NCBI GenBank assembly: GCA_026397045.1
Contig: JAPLVO010000008.1
Span: 20,850-84,849 of the forward strand
Direction: 5' to 3'
Source of the DNA: Patescibacteria group bacterium
Lineage (GTDB): Bacteria > Patescibacteriota > Saccharimonadia > CAILAD01 > BJGX01
DNA length: 64,000 nt
Both the position numbers and the translations under genes were made by a program. The notes under the pieces are model-generated. The model was not told where the DNA came from, did no database searches, and saw only the letters and a program-made list of their open reading frames with translations. The first letter of the stretch is position 1, and each line of letters begins with the position of its first letter. This document shows positions 56,340 through 64,000 of the stretch, piece by piece.

Positions 56340-57410
56340 CTACTTTTTCCTAGCCACACAGTATGAGGCGAGATTTCTTAAAAGATCTTCGAGCTCAGTA
56401 TCTAGGTTCATCCTATCCAATATTAATAAGGACTTTTTAAGATGATCATCTGCCGCAACAGTGACCTTAGCCCGTGCACCACATTCCTCGAGAATAACTC
56501 GGACTATCTTGGTGTCATGAATATTTATATCCGTCTTGCCCAGCCTAGTCTCAATGGCCTTCCATTGCAGTGGAGATGATAGCTTTTTAGCATAATACAT
56601 CAGTAGCGTTTGTTTACCTTCGCGAATATCTGAGCCGACTGGCTTACCTGTTTGTCGACTTGAGCCAAACATGCCAAGGAGGTCGTCTGCGAGCTGGAAA
56701 GCTTTGCCTAATTCAGAGCCAAACTCAGCAAAGAGCTTAAAAAGCTTACTATTTCCCCCGGCGGCGACAATGCCTAGTTGCATGGGATATGTAATAGTAT
56801 ATTGAGCAGTTTTATAAAAATTCACCTTTTCTATTTTACTTAGATTCAAATCTCCTCTAAGACCCGCCATGACATCTAATTGCTGCCCTGCTCCGGTATC
56901 GAAAAGTGTTTTTTGGAAATGCTTCATCATTTCGAACACCAGCTTGGGGTCGAGGTCGAGGCTGGTTAGCACTTCAAATGTAAAGAACTCATTTAGCTCC
57001 CCTGCTAAAATAGCGATGGACTCGGCAGTTTTCCTAGCAGGTTTATCATCTAGCAGCTTCTTGAACCTTTTTTCATATACTCCCGTAATATTTGCGCCGC
57101 CGTAGCGTGTGGTATCGCCGTCCATAATATCATCATGGATAAGTACGAAGTTATGAAAAATTTCTAACGATACAGATGCATCCAGGGCCTTAGCTATTTC
57201 TTTGCCGCCGGCAGCCCTATAGCCTAGTACCATTAAGGTTGGCCTGAGTCTCTTGCCGCCTCTGAGAATGAACTTCTTCATATCCAGCAGCAGCTTGGCA
57301 TAGACTGGATCAATCTTACTAGCCTCGGCTATTTTAAGATCATAGAAATCAGATAATCTACCATCTACCTCTGATTTAACAAACTTGTTTAATGCAATAA
57401 ATTTTTCCAT
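56340..57410 (-). CDS. polyprenyl diphosphate synthase (GGPP/FPP synthase, CrtE/IdsA-like)
   Basis: FARM LIHDDIMDGD and SARM FQLADDLLG. Confidence 0.8.
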   Translation of the reverse strand: MEKFIALNKFVKSEVDGRLSDFYDLKIAEASKIDPVYAKLLLDMKKFILRGGKRLRPTLMVLGYRAAGGKEIAKALDASVSLEIFHNFVLIHDDIMDGDTTRYGGANITGVYEKRFKKLLDDKPARKTAESIAILAGELNEFFTFEVLTSLDLDPKLVFEMMKHFQKTLFDTGAGQQLDVMAGLRGDLNLSKIEKVNFYKTAQYTITYPMQLGIVAAGGNSKLFKLFAEFGSELGKAFQLADDLLGMFGSSRQTGKPVGSDIREGKQTLLMYYAKKLSSPLQWKAIETRLGKTDINIHDTKIVRVILEECGARAKVTVAADDHLKKSLLILDRMNLDTELEDLLRNLASYCVARKK

Positions 57411-57411
57411 A

Positions 57412-58911
57412 CTACGCCTTAGTATCCTTCAAAATCCTTTCCATGACTAGCTTAGCACTAAGGGTCACCATCGGTATGCCGCCTCCAGGATAGGTGCTCG
57501 CACCGACAAAATAAAGGTTCTTTATATCCTTACTTTTATTGTGTGGCCTAAAATAGCCAGACTGCAAAAAGTGATGGCTCAGACCAAAAGCAGATCCGAT
57601 GTGCAAATTATATTTGTCTCTGAAATCTTCTGGCGTAAAAATAGATTCCACTTTTATTTTTTTCTCAATATCCAAATCAAACTCCGTCTTTAGCCTTGAT
57701 AGTACCTGCTTTCTAAGGCGTTTTATGCCAGACTGCCATTGCACCTTTGAATCAAGATTCGGAACCGGCACCAGTACATAGAATACACTCTTTCCTTTTG
57801 GTGCCAAGCTTGGGTCAGTCTTGGTAGGAATATAAGTATAAAACGAAGGATCCTTAGGAAGTTTTTTCTGATGGAATATTTCATCAAGATTATTTTTAAA
57901 GTCTTTACAGAGATATACATTATGATGAAGCATGCCCTCGCAGCTATCATCTACACCCCAATAGAATAGTAAGGCTGAGCTTGCCTGCTTATATGATTCG
58001 AGTTTTGTATTAGGAGTCGAAGGTCGATCTTTTTCATCAATCAATTTCATCTGAGAATATACTAAATCAGCATTGGCTACAATTGTATCCGCATAAAGTT
58101 TTTTGTTCTTATTTGTCCTAATACCGACTGCGGTTTTGTTTTCTATAATTATTTCTTCTACCGGTGTCGAGGTAATTATTTTACCCCCTAAATCTTTGAC
58201 CAGCTTTTCAATAGCCAAAGATAGTGAGTACATGCCACCCTTTGGATACCAAATACCCAATCCTGTTTCCATATAGCTCACCACGCTATAAACCGCTGGT
58301 GCCTCGTGCGGACTAACACCCAAATACATACTTTGAAAACTAAATAATTGCCTAAGGCGCTCATCTTTGAAATAACGCGAGACAAATTTATAGAGCTTAG
58401 ATAAGCCTCTCTTTTTGAATAATTGGGCACCACTTACGGGGCTGATGAAGTCGGTAATATTGCTAAAGTTTTTATCTATAAAGTTAGCCCTAGCGATTCT
58501 ATATATCTCCGATACATCGCCGAAAAATTTATAAAACTGCTCTGGGCCTTTAGGGTCAAACTTGGACAGCTCGCTTGCAAATTTTGGTAAATTACTACTT
58601 ACAGTAATTCTACTTTTATCGGCGAATGCAACTTGATAGTTTGGCTCTAGCTGTAACAACTCGATATAGTCATCGAAATTTTTACCACAGTAGCTGAAGG
58701 TCTCATAGAGGGTATCGGTCATCATGAGAAGGGTCGGCCCCATGTCAAAAGTGTAGCCACTTTTCTCAATACGGTGTGCTCGGCCGCCAATTTTATCTTC
58801 CTTTTCGACAATAGTGACTTCGTAGCCATTTTTAAGCAAACGAGCAGCCGCACACATCCCGCCTATGCCGCCGCCAACTATAATTACACTTTTGAGTTTA
58901 TTATTTTTCAT
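57412..58911 (-). CDS. crtI: phytoene desaturase family (CrtI/CrtN)
   Basis: N-terminal FAD fold VIIVGGGIGGMCAAARL...EKEDKIGGRA. About 500 aa amine-oxidase fold. Confidence 0.8.
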   Translation of the reverse strand: MKNNKLKSVIIVGGGIGGMCAAARLLKNGYEVTIVEKEDKIGGRAHRIEKSGYTFDMGPTLLMMTDTLYETFSYCGKNFDDYIELLQLEPNYQVAFADKSRITVSSNLPKFASELSKFDPKGPEQFYKFFGDVSEIYRIARANFIDKNFSNITDFISPVSGAQLFKKRGLSKLYKFVSRYFKDERLRQLFSFQSMYLGVSPHEAPAVYSVVSYMETGLGIWYPKGGMYSLSLAIEKLVKDLGGKIITSTPVEEIIIENKTAVGIRTNKNKKLYADTIVANADLVYSQMKLIDEKDRPSTPNTKLESYKQASSALLFYWGVDDSCEGMLHHNVYLCKDFKNNLDEIFHQKKLPKDPSFYTYIPTKTDPSLAPKGKSVFYVLVPVPNLDSKVQWQSGIKRLRKQVLSRLKTEFDLDIEKKIKVESIFTPEDFRDKYNLHIGSAFGLSHHFLQSGYFRPHNKSKDIKNLYFVGASTYPGGGIPMVTLSAKLVMERILKDTKA

Positions 58912-58941
58912 TATTTAGTGAATATATAATATAATAATACT

Positions 58942-59256
58942 GTGAATAATGCATATTTAGCCATACTTTTATTTAGCATAGCGGGGATGGGTATAATTGA
59001 CGCCCGCTATAAGTTAGTATTTTTTTTAGATTATAAATCGGCCGCCAAGAGCATCGCCATAGTGATGACGCTGCTTTTAGTTATTGATGTGATAGGAATA
59101 AATTTAGATATATTCAGCACTAATCCAGATTATGTGACTGGCATTTTTATTGGCAGCGAAAACCTGCCGCTGGAGGAATTCTTTTTTTTATTTCTTCTTT
59201 GCTATTTCACGCTATCTATCAATCGGATAATATCGTCGAGACTTAAAAATGTTTAA
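58942..59256 (+). CDS. lycopene-cyclase-domain small membrane subunit (CrtYe/LbtA-like)
   Basis: About 100 aa, 3 TM helices, conserved PLEEFFF (PxEE) motif. Confidence 0.5.
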   Translation: MNNAYLAILLFSIAGMGIIDARYKLVFFLDYKSAAKSIAIVMTLLLVIDVIGINLDIFSTNPDYVTGIFIGSENLPLEEFFFLFLLCYFTLSINRIISSRLKNV

Positions 59257-59557
59257 ATATAGTGGCTTGATTATATTATGTTTAGCGCTGTCGACTGGTA
59301 TTATATTTATTTACAAATTAAAAGTAACGCTTAGCAAAGCACTACTATACACCGGGCTTGTAAGTTTTGTTGCTATGCTGTTTTTTAACACCATACTCAC
59401 GAGCCTGCCTATAGTGGTGTATAATACGGCTTCAACTCTAAATATTAGAGTCCTAACATTCCCTATTGAGGACATAGGATATTTATTGGCGGTCTTAATG
59501 ATTCTGCCAGCTTTGTTTGAAAAGTTTATTAACGAAAGTAGTTCTAATAAAAAATAA
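59249..59557 (+). CDS. lycopene-cyclase-domain small membrane subunit (CrtYf/LbtB-like)
   Basis: About 100 aa, 3 TM helices, FPIEDIGY (PxED) motif. Overlaps the previous gene by 8 nt. Confidence 0.5.
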   Translation: MFKYSGLIILCLALSTGIIFIYKLKVTLSKALLYTGLVSFVAMLFFNTILTSLPIVVYNTASTLNIRVLTFPIEDIGYLLAVLMILPALFEKFINESSSNKK

Positions 59558-61550
59558 TCATCAGCTTTCTATTCGAGAAGTTTTAGCCAGTTCTAGGCCA
59601 TTTAGCTGGGTTAACACTGTCGGTCCTTTCTTTGTAGGCTATACGATTGCCAATGGCTCGATCAATCTCCCCTGCGTGGTAGGTGCGGTTTACTTTTGCT
59701 TCTTCTACAATTTTTTATTATATGGAGTGAATGATATATTTGATTATGAATCAGATATAAAAAATCCTCGAAAAAATTCTATAGAGGGTGGCCTGGTCGA
59801 CAAGAGCAAACATAATCTGATGTTCGCTCTTATAATAGCTACGAATATACCTATTTTAATATACCTAATGGCCACTGGCAGCATACTTAGTGGCTCAATA
59901 CTGGCCCTAATCATATTTTTTGCATTTAGCTATTCCGCTAAGCCATTCAGATTTAAAGAGGTGCCAATTCTAGATTCGATAAATTCTAGCTTGCACTTTG
60001 TGATGCCTTTAGTTTTTGGCTTGGTTTATGCAGGTGCCACCAGCCTTCCTTGGCCAGCGATAATATCTTTCTTTTTGTGGGGAGCTGCCTCGCAGGCCCT
60101 AGGAGCTATCCAGGACATTAAGCCCGATAGGGCAGGCGGTATAGAGTCGATCGCAACCAAGCTGGGGTCAAAGTTTACAAATAGGTATAGCATTATTCTT
60201 TATACCGTGAGCTGTATCATACCCGTCATATTCTATTTCCCATGGGGAATAGCTGTAGGAATTATACTTTCCCTTTACCCATTAAATGTTCTGTTCTTTA
60301 GCAGATTCAAATCAGATGCTAAGAGTGGTGAATACAATAGGGCCTGGAAAAACTTTCTATGGTTAAACCTGCTGTGTGGTTTCTGGCTAAGTCAACTGTT
60401 ACTGTTCGTCTTTGACCCATTAGGGCTGGGGCTAAGCAGGATAGCTTTGCTGGGAGTCTTTATTATTATTATTGGCTTGGCTCAACTATCCCTTACTCTG
60501 TACAATTACAAGAAATTCACTCGTCCCAAGACTAAACGCCTCAATGATCTGCCGCATATAGATATACTACTCCACTCCACCGGCAACAAGGATAATATCG
60601 CCTCCACGCTCCTTGCTCTGATAGGCCAAAACTACCCTCACTTTGATATTTACTACGCCAACCTAGATAATGACCCGCGCTCCAGGAAGATCGCTGAAGG
60701 CTACCAGGATAAAAGGCTACAAATCGTTGACGCTGGCAGAACTCCAGCCGGCTGGAGTCAGGCGGCCTGGGCTAGCAATGTATTATTTAAAAAATCTAAA
60801 TCGGATATAAATGTATTAATAAGCCCAGATACTATTCTGCTACCCAACACCCTTTCGGTAATTGCCAGCATGTTCGACTCTAGCGATCTAGATCTAGTAT
60901 CATTATTGCCGGCTGATCAAAATGAATCATTATGGCAGCAACTTTTAATGAGCCAGGAACACTATTTGCTATTAGGACTCTACCCTTCTGCATACATCAC
61001 CAAAAACCACCCAAAACTAGCCACGGCTTATAGTAATTTAATTGCTTTTAAGAAGTCTCCGCTTAAAAAAGTTGGTGGGTTTGAATTAACCAAAAACAGC
61101 CCCCTTGAGGACCTCGATATAGCCAATAAAGCCAACCAAATCGGGCTAAACACTAAATTCTATTGTGCTAGCGACTTGGCAGTTAGCCAGAATAGATCTG
61201 GGCTAGTGAGTTTAGCTGCCTACAACCAACAAAAACTGTATCCTAGCCTACACTTCAATATGCCCCTTACTGTTGCTCTTATTTCGGGTGGTATTTTCAT
61301 TATTTCATTCCCAATATTCTTATTAAGCGCCTTGATGCTAGCAGGGATATATGATGGCACAATACTTTTGGCGATAGGTTGTGCTCTACTGCTATTCAAT
61401 AGGCTAGTAGTAATGGTCAAATCCAAGCAGAGCATTTCTGGTGCTCTGCTTTACCCATTAGGCTGTCTTGCGATTTTGCTGCAACTTTTCACATCGATGC
61501 TCTATTATGAGCTAAGAAAGCACAGCTGGAAAAGCCGCTACGAACTATAG
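59517..61550 (+). CDS. fusion: UbiA-family prenyltransferase (lycopene-elongase-like) + C-terminal GT2 glycosyltransferase
   Basis: N-terminal SRPFSW and NDIFDYESD (NDxxDxxxD) UbiA motifs with 7-8 TM helices. C-terminal GT2 region (DxD-like LDND, then 2-3 terminal TM helices). Confidence 0.55.
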   Translation: MKSLLTKVVLIKNNHQLSIREVLASSRPFSWVNTVGPFFVGYTIANGSINLPCVVGAVYFCFFYNFLLYGVNDIFDYESDIKNPRKNSIEGGLVDKSKHNLMFALIIATNIPILIYLMATGSILSGSILALIIFFAFSYSAKPFRFKEVPILDSINSSLHFVMPLVFGLVYAGATSLPWPAIISFFLWGAASQALGAIQDIKPDRAGGIESIATKLGSKFTNRYSIILYTVSCIIPVIFYFPWGIAVGIILSLYPLNVLFFSRFKSDAKSGEYNRAWKNFLWLNLLCGFWLSQLLLFVFDPLGLGLSRIALLGVFIIIIGLAQLSLTLYNYKKFTRPKTKRLNDLPHIDILLHSTGNKDNIASTLLALIGQNYPHFDIYYANLDNDPRSRKIAEGYQDKRLQIVDAGRTPAGWSQAAWASNVLFKKSKSDINVLISPDTILLPNTLSVIASMFDSSDLDLVSLLPADQNESLWQQLLMSQEHYLLLGLYPSAYITKNHPKLATAYSNLIAFKKSPLKKVGGFELTKNSPLEDLDIANKANQIGLNTKFYCASDLAVSQNRSGLVSLAAYNQQKLYPSLHFNMPLTVALISGGIFIISFPIFLLSALMLAGIYDGTILLAIGCALLLFNRLVVMVKSKQSISGALLYPLGCLAILLQLFTSMLYYELRKHSWKSRYEL

Positions 61551-61571
61551 CCTGATCTTTTGCTTGCTTCC

Positions 61572-62411
61572 CTAAAGCGCTCTATCGCTTGCCCTAAACA
61601 CTACTTTGGCTATAATTATAGCCAATACGGATGCTAGCCCGACTGCTATAAATACTGGCAAAGTCTGAGATAGCAAAAATACTATTACCCTACCCAGAGC
61701 TAAAGGGTCCATTAGTCGGGAAGGGTCCGAAGAGATTAATAGATTATTCGCACTTAATAAATTAGCCGAAAAAGCCATTACCAGCCCGATGATAGAGCCA
61801 AATGCAAGTGAATAAGCAGGGCTAGTTATTTTTCTACTGCCCTTGCGAATATTAACTATTACCAGCGATAGTATCGAAATAGAAATAGTCACCCACAAAA
61901 AAGGTATAGCTTGGCTCGCCGTAGTATAGATTAGTTTGGCATACTGCAATCTATCTAATAGTGTCTTGTCCTCGCTATCTGGTGCGATCAGCGAAATGCT
62001 GTCTGGAATAATTTTGGTAATCTCGAATTTAGCTCTTGGGTCGTCTATGCCAGAAAGTGCCTTTGACCTCAGCTGCACTAGATCTAATTGCAAAGCTATA
62101 GGGCCATTAGGCGAATTAAGCCACTCCAATATAGATATCTGGCTTGGCTGCAAAGTAGACTTTACAACTTCTGGGGTTACTGCTTGGCCGATTCCGTTCT
62201 TTGCAAGACCCACAATTGCCTCATTGCCGCTTAATTGGCTAATGAGCAAGGAGCTCAAGCTCTTGGCGGCAGTGTTATAAAATCCTGAGCCGGCCAATAC
62301 TTGTGTTAGCCTTTGGTTGGAGGAAAATGTCCCCACTAGAGACATGGCAAAGACTAAAAGTAAAAAGCTCAGGCAGACCACTGCCTGTAATATTCTATTG
62401 ATTAGTGACAA
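61572..62411 (-). CDS. hypothetical membrane protein
   Basis: N-terminal and C-terminal TM helices. No family recognised. Confidence 0.4.
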   Translation of the reverse strand: MSLINRILQAVVCLSFLLLVFAMSLVGTFSSNQRLTQVLAGSGFYNTAAKSLSSLLISQLSGNEAIVGLAKNGIGQAVTPEVVKSTLQPSQISILEWLNSPNGPIALQLDLVQLRSKALSGIDDPRAKFEITKIIPDSISLIAPDSEDKTLLDRLQYAKLIYTTASQAIPFLWVTISISILSLVIVNIRKGSRKITSPAYSLAFGSIIGLVMAFSANLLSANNLLISSDPSRLMDPLALGRVIVFLLSQTLPVFIAVGLASVLAIIIAKVVFRASDRAL

Positions 62412-62433
62412 AACAAAGTTGACATTATGTAGA

Positions 62434-63000
62434 TTATTTTAGCATCTCATTATGATCCTCGGCTAGAGATAACATAACAAATTCTATTTGGTTGTAGAAA
62501 GACTTATAACCAGCATTGTTGTGCAATGTGTAGTCTGCACGATCCTGGATTGCCGAGACATCAAAGTGGGCATTTTTATTTTCATTAATTTCCAGCTGCT
62601 TAAATGTGTCGAAATCAATTTTGTCGCCAATTCTATTGCGCAGTAAGGATCTTTTGTAGCGAGATTCTGCAGAAGCTACAGTGCTTATTACCTTCCCGCC
62701 TTTGGCGATGGCATAATCGGCTTCTTCTGGGTGCCTTAATGCACTTAATAATATTTTTTGAGTGCCGGCTCCTTCTAGAGCCCAGCGCACCAAAACATCA
62801 TTTCCTTGTTCATCCCTGAGCTTAGTGGCGACTTTATGCATATTTTGCCGGGTAAGATCCCCTAACATATTTTTTTTAATATAATCTCTTAGGATATCCG
62901 CAGTAGAGATATGCTTGTATCCATATTTCTTACAAATATAGTCAGCAGCAGTATCCTTACCACTACCAGCCTGTCCTACTAAAATCAGTATTTTACTCAT
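62434..63000 (-). CDS. P-loop kinase resembling phage T4-type dNMP kinase
   Basis: MSKILILVGQAGSGKDTAADYI closely resembles the T4 Dnk N-terminus (GVKRSGKDTTADFI). Confidence 0.4.
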   Translation of the reverse strand: MSKILILVGQAGSGKDTAADYICKKYGYKHISTADILRDYIKKNMLGDLTRQNMHKVATKLRDEQGNDVLVRWALEGAGTQKILLSALRHPEEADYAIAKGGKVISTVASAESRYKRSLLRNRIGDKIDFDTFKQLEINENKNAHFDVSAIQDRADYTLHNNAGYKSFYNQIEFVMLSLAEDHNEMLK

Positions 63001-63034
63001 TAGCTATATACTATCCTATTTTGGCTTATTCTAG

Positions 63035-63796
63035 CTAATTATATTTACTAAGTTCTTCAAGAAGCTGGCCTTTGTAGTCATAGCTTTTTTGATCATACTC
63101 TGCAAGCACGCTATCTATTGCCTGATTTTTAGAAATAATAAGTGCATCAAGTTCATCTTTATTTTTAGATAATGACTCTACACCTTTACGGAACTGGGCC
63201 CTAGCAGATTCGATATCTGTGCTAAATTTTTCTGAGACTATTTGGCTATCTACCCCCGCGGCGCAGGATATTTTCGCCTCACTGGATAAAGTCTCGAACC
63301 TTGATACTAAAGACAAGTCGTTCTGCTTATCAAGAAGTATGTGACGATCTGAAAGCTCAGTTATTTTATTTTTAAAATCAATTCTTATTCGATCTACGCC
63401 TTCTCTTCTTGCGCTGATTGCGCTGACTATTTTACTTTTATAACTATCTATTGCAGCGGCTTGCTCTGGGGTTCTAGACTTGAGTAATATCTGCCTAAAG
63501 TGTTCTTCTCTCTTTTCGTCGGCCGACTGGCGTATAGACTTTAACTTTTGTTCGGGTTTACTTTGGGGTGTTCTGTTGCTACTGATTAGATCCCTGTTTT
63601 GGTCTCTTTTATTTTTAAGGGCAGCTAGCTTATCGCCAATTTTCAGAGATGATGACTCCTGGCCTGCACAGAAATTTGTTTCTCCCATGGCGATTATGGG
63701 CATAGCAAAAGCACTAGCTGGCATCAATACAAGGCTAAGCAGCAACAGCGAGATAATGGAGATAAATATTTTGATTGGATTATTATTAGTTTTCAT
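63035..63796 (-). CDS. secreted coiled-coil protein (signal peptide)
   Basis: N-terminus MKTNNNPIKIFISIISLLLLSLVLMPASAFA. Charged helical remainder. Confidence 0.4.
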   Translation of the reverse strand: MKTNNNPIKIFISIISLLLLSLVLMPASAFAMPIIAMGETNFCAGQESSSLKIGDKLAALKNKRDQNRDLISSNRTPQSKPEQKLKSIRQSADEKREEHFRQILLKSRTPEQAAAIDSYKSKIVSAISARREGVDRIRIDFKNKITELSDRHILLDKQNDLSLVSRFETLSSEAKISCAAGVDSQIVSEKFSTDIESARAQFRKGVESLSKNKDELDALIISKNQAIDSVLAEYDQKSYDYKGQLLEELSKYN

Positions 63797-64000
63797 CTAA
63801 AGCCTCATCTATTGTTGACATGCTAGAAACAGTTACTTTTGCAGAATCTTCGGCTGTGGTGTCGATATAAGAATTATTGGTATCATTTTGGGCATCAGCA
63901 ATGTTGAGATTGCTTAGGTTCTCTAAGCTGCCGTTGGGCTTGACCGATGAGCTGCTCAGGGTATCGACCGGCGTAGTACCACTTATAGTCGCATACCCTC
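63786..64000 (-). CDS. 3' end of a minus-strand gene that continues beyond the window (Ser/Thr/Asn-rich tail)
   Basis: Reading frame open from the window edge to a TAA at 63786-63788, overlapping the next start by 11 nt. Confidence 0.3.
   Translation of the reverse strand, partial: GYATISGTTPVDTLSSSSVKPNGSLENLSNLNIADAQNDTNNSYIDTTAEDSAKVTVSSMSTIDEALDEN

Overview
This is a gene-dense (~90% coding) 64 kb window of AT-rich (~40% GC) bacterial chromosome, mostly housekeeping genes in tightly packed, often overlapping operons on both strands. The recognisable blocks, in order along the window: (1) a two-component pair, aspS, scpAB, rluB, dacA, der and pth. (2) dprA, topA, a sigma-70 region 4 + HARE-HTH protein, and a membrane-anchored VirD4/TraG-like ATPase. 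(3) A complete division/cell-wall (dcw) core on the minus strand, mraZ-rsmH-ftsL-ftsI-mraY-ftsW-murG-ftsQ, carrying MraZ-box-like repeats and (CAAAAA)n microsatellites. (4) glyQS, recO, a response regulator with a degenerate kinase-like ATPase, and a peroxide-defence set (2-Cys peroxiredoxin, Bcp, GPx, YaaA). (5) A DEAD-box helicase, tRNA-Gln(UUG) followed by a duplicated copy of its 3' end, and a single-chain FARS2-like PheRS preceded by a Phe-rich leader-peptide attenuator. (6) ddl, an RRM protein followed by an unannotated 47-aa CxxC zinc-ribbon peptide, and cysS. (7) The dnaX-dnaB ... ybaB-recR block, interrupted by a GtrA/GT2/two GT-C glycosylation cassette. (8) secE-nusG-rplKA-[glyA]-rplJL, with Lys/Glu-rich N-terminal extensions on L1 and L7/L12. 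(9) A carotenoid cluster: crtI-crtE-crtB on one strand, two lycopene-cyclase-domain subunits and a UbiA-prenyltransferase::GT2 fusion on the other, consistent with a glycosylated C50-type pigment. The archaeal-type short AspRS, monomeric PheRS and compact operons suggest, as inference only, a reduced-genome lineage such as Patescibacteria/CPR, where a carotenoid pathway would be unexpected. No CRISPR array, rRNA or obvious transposase is present.
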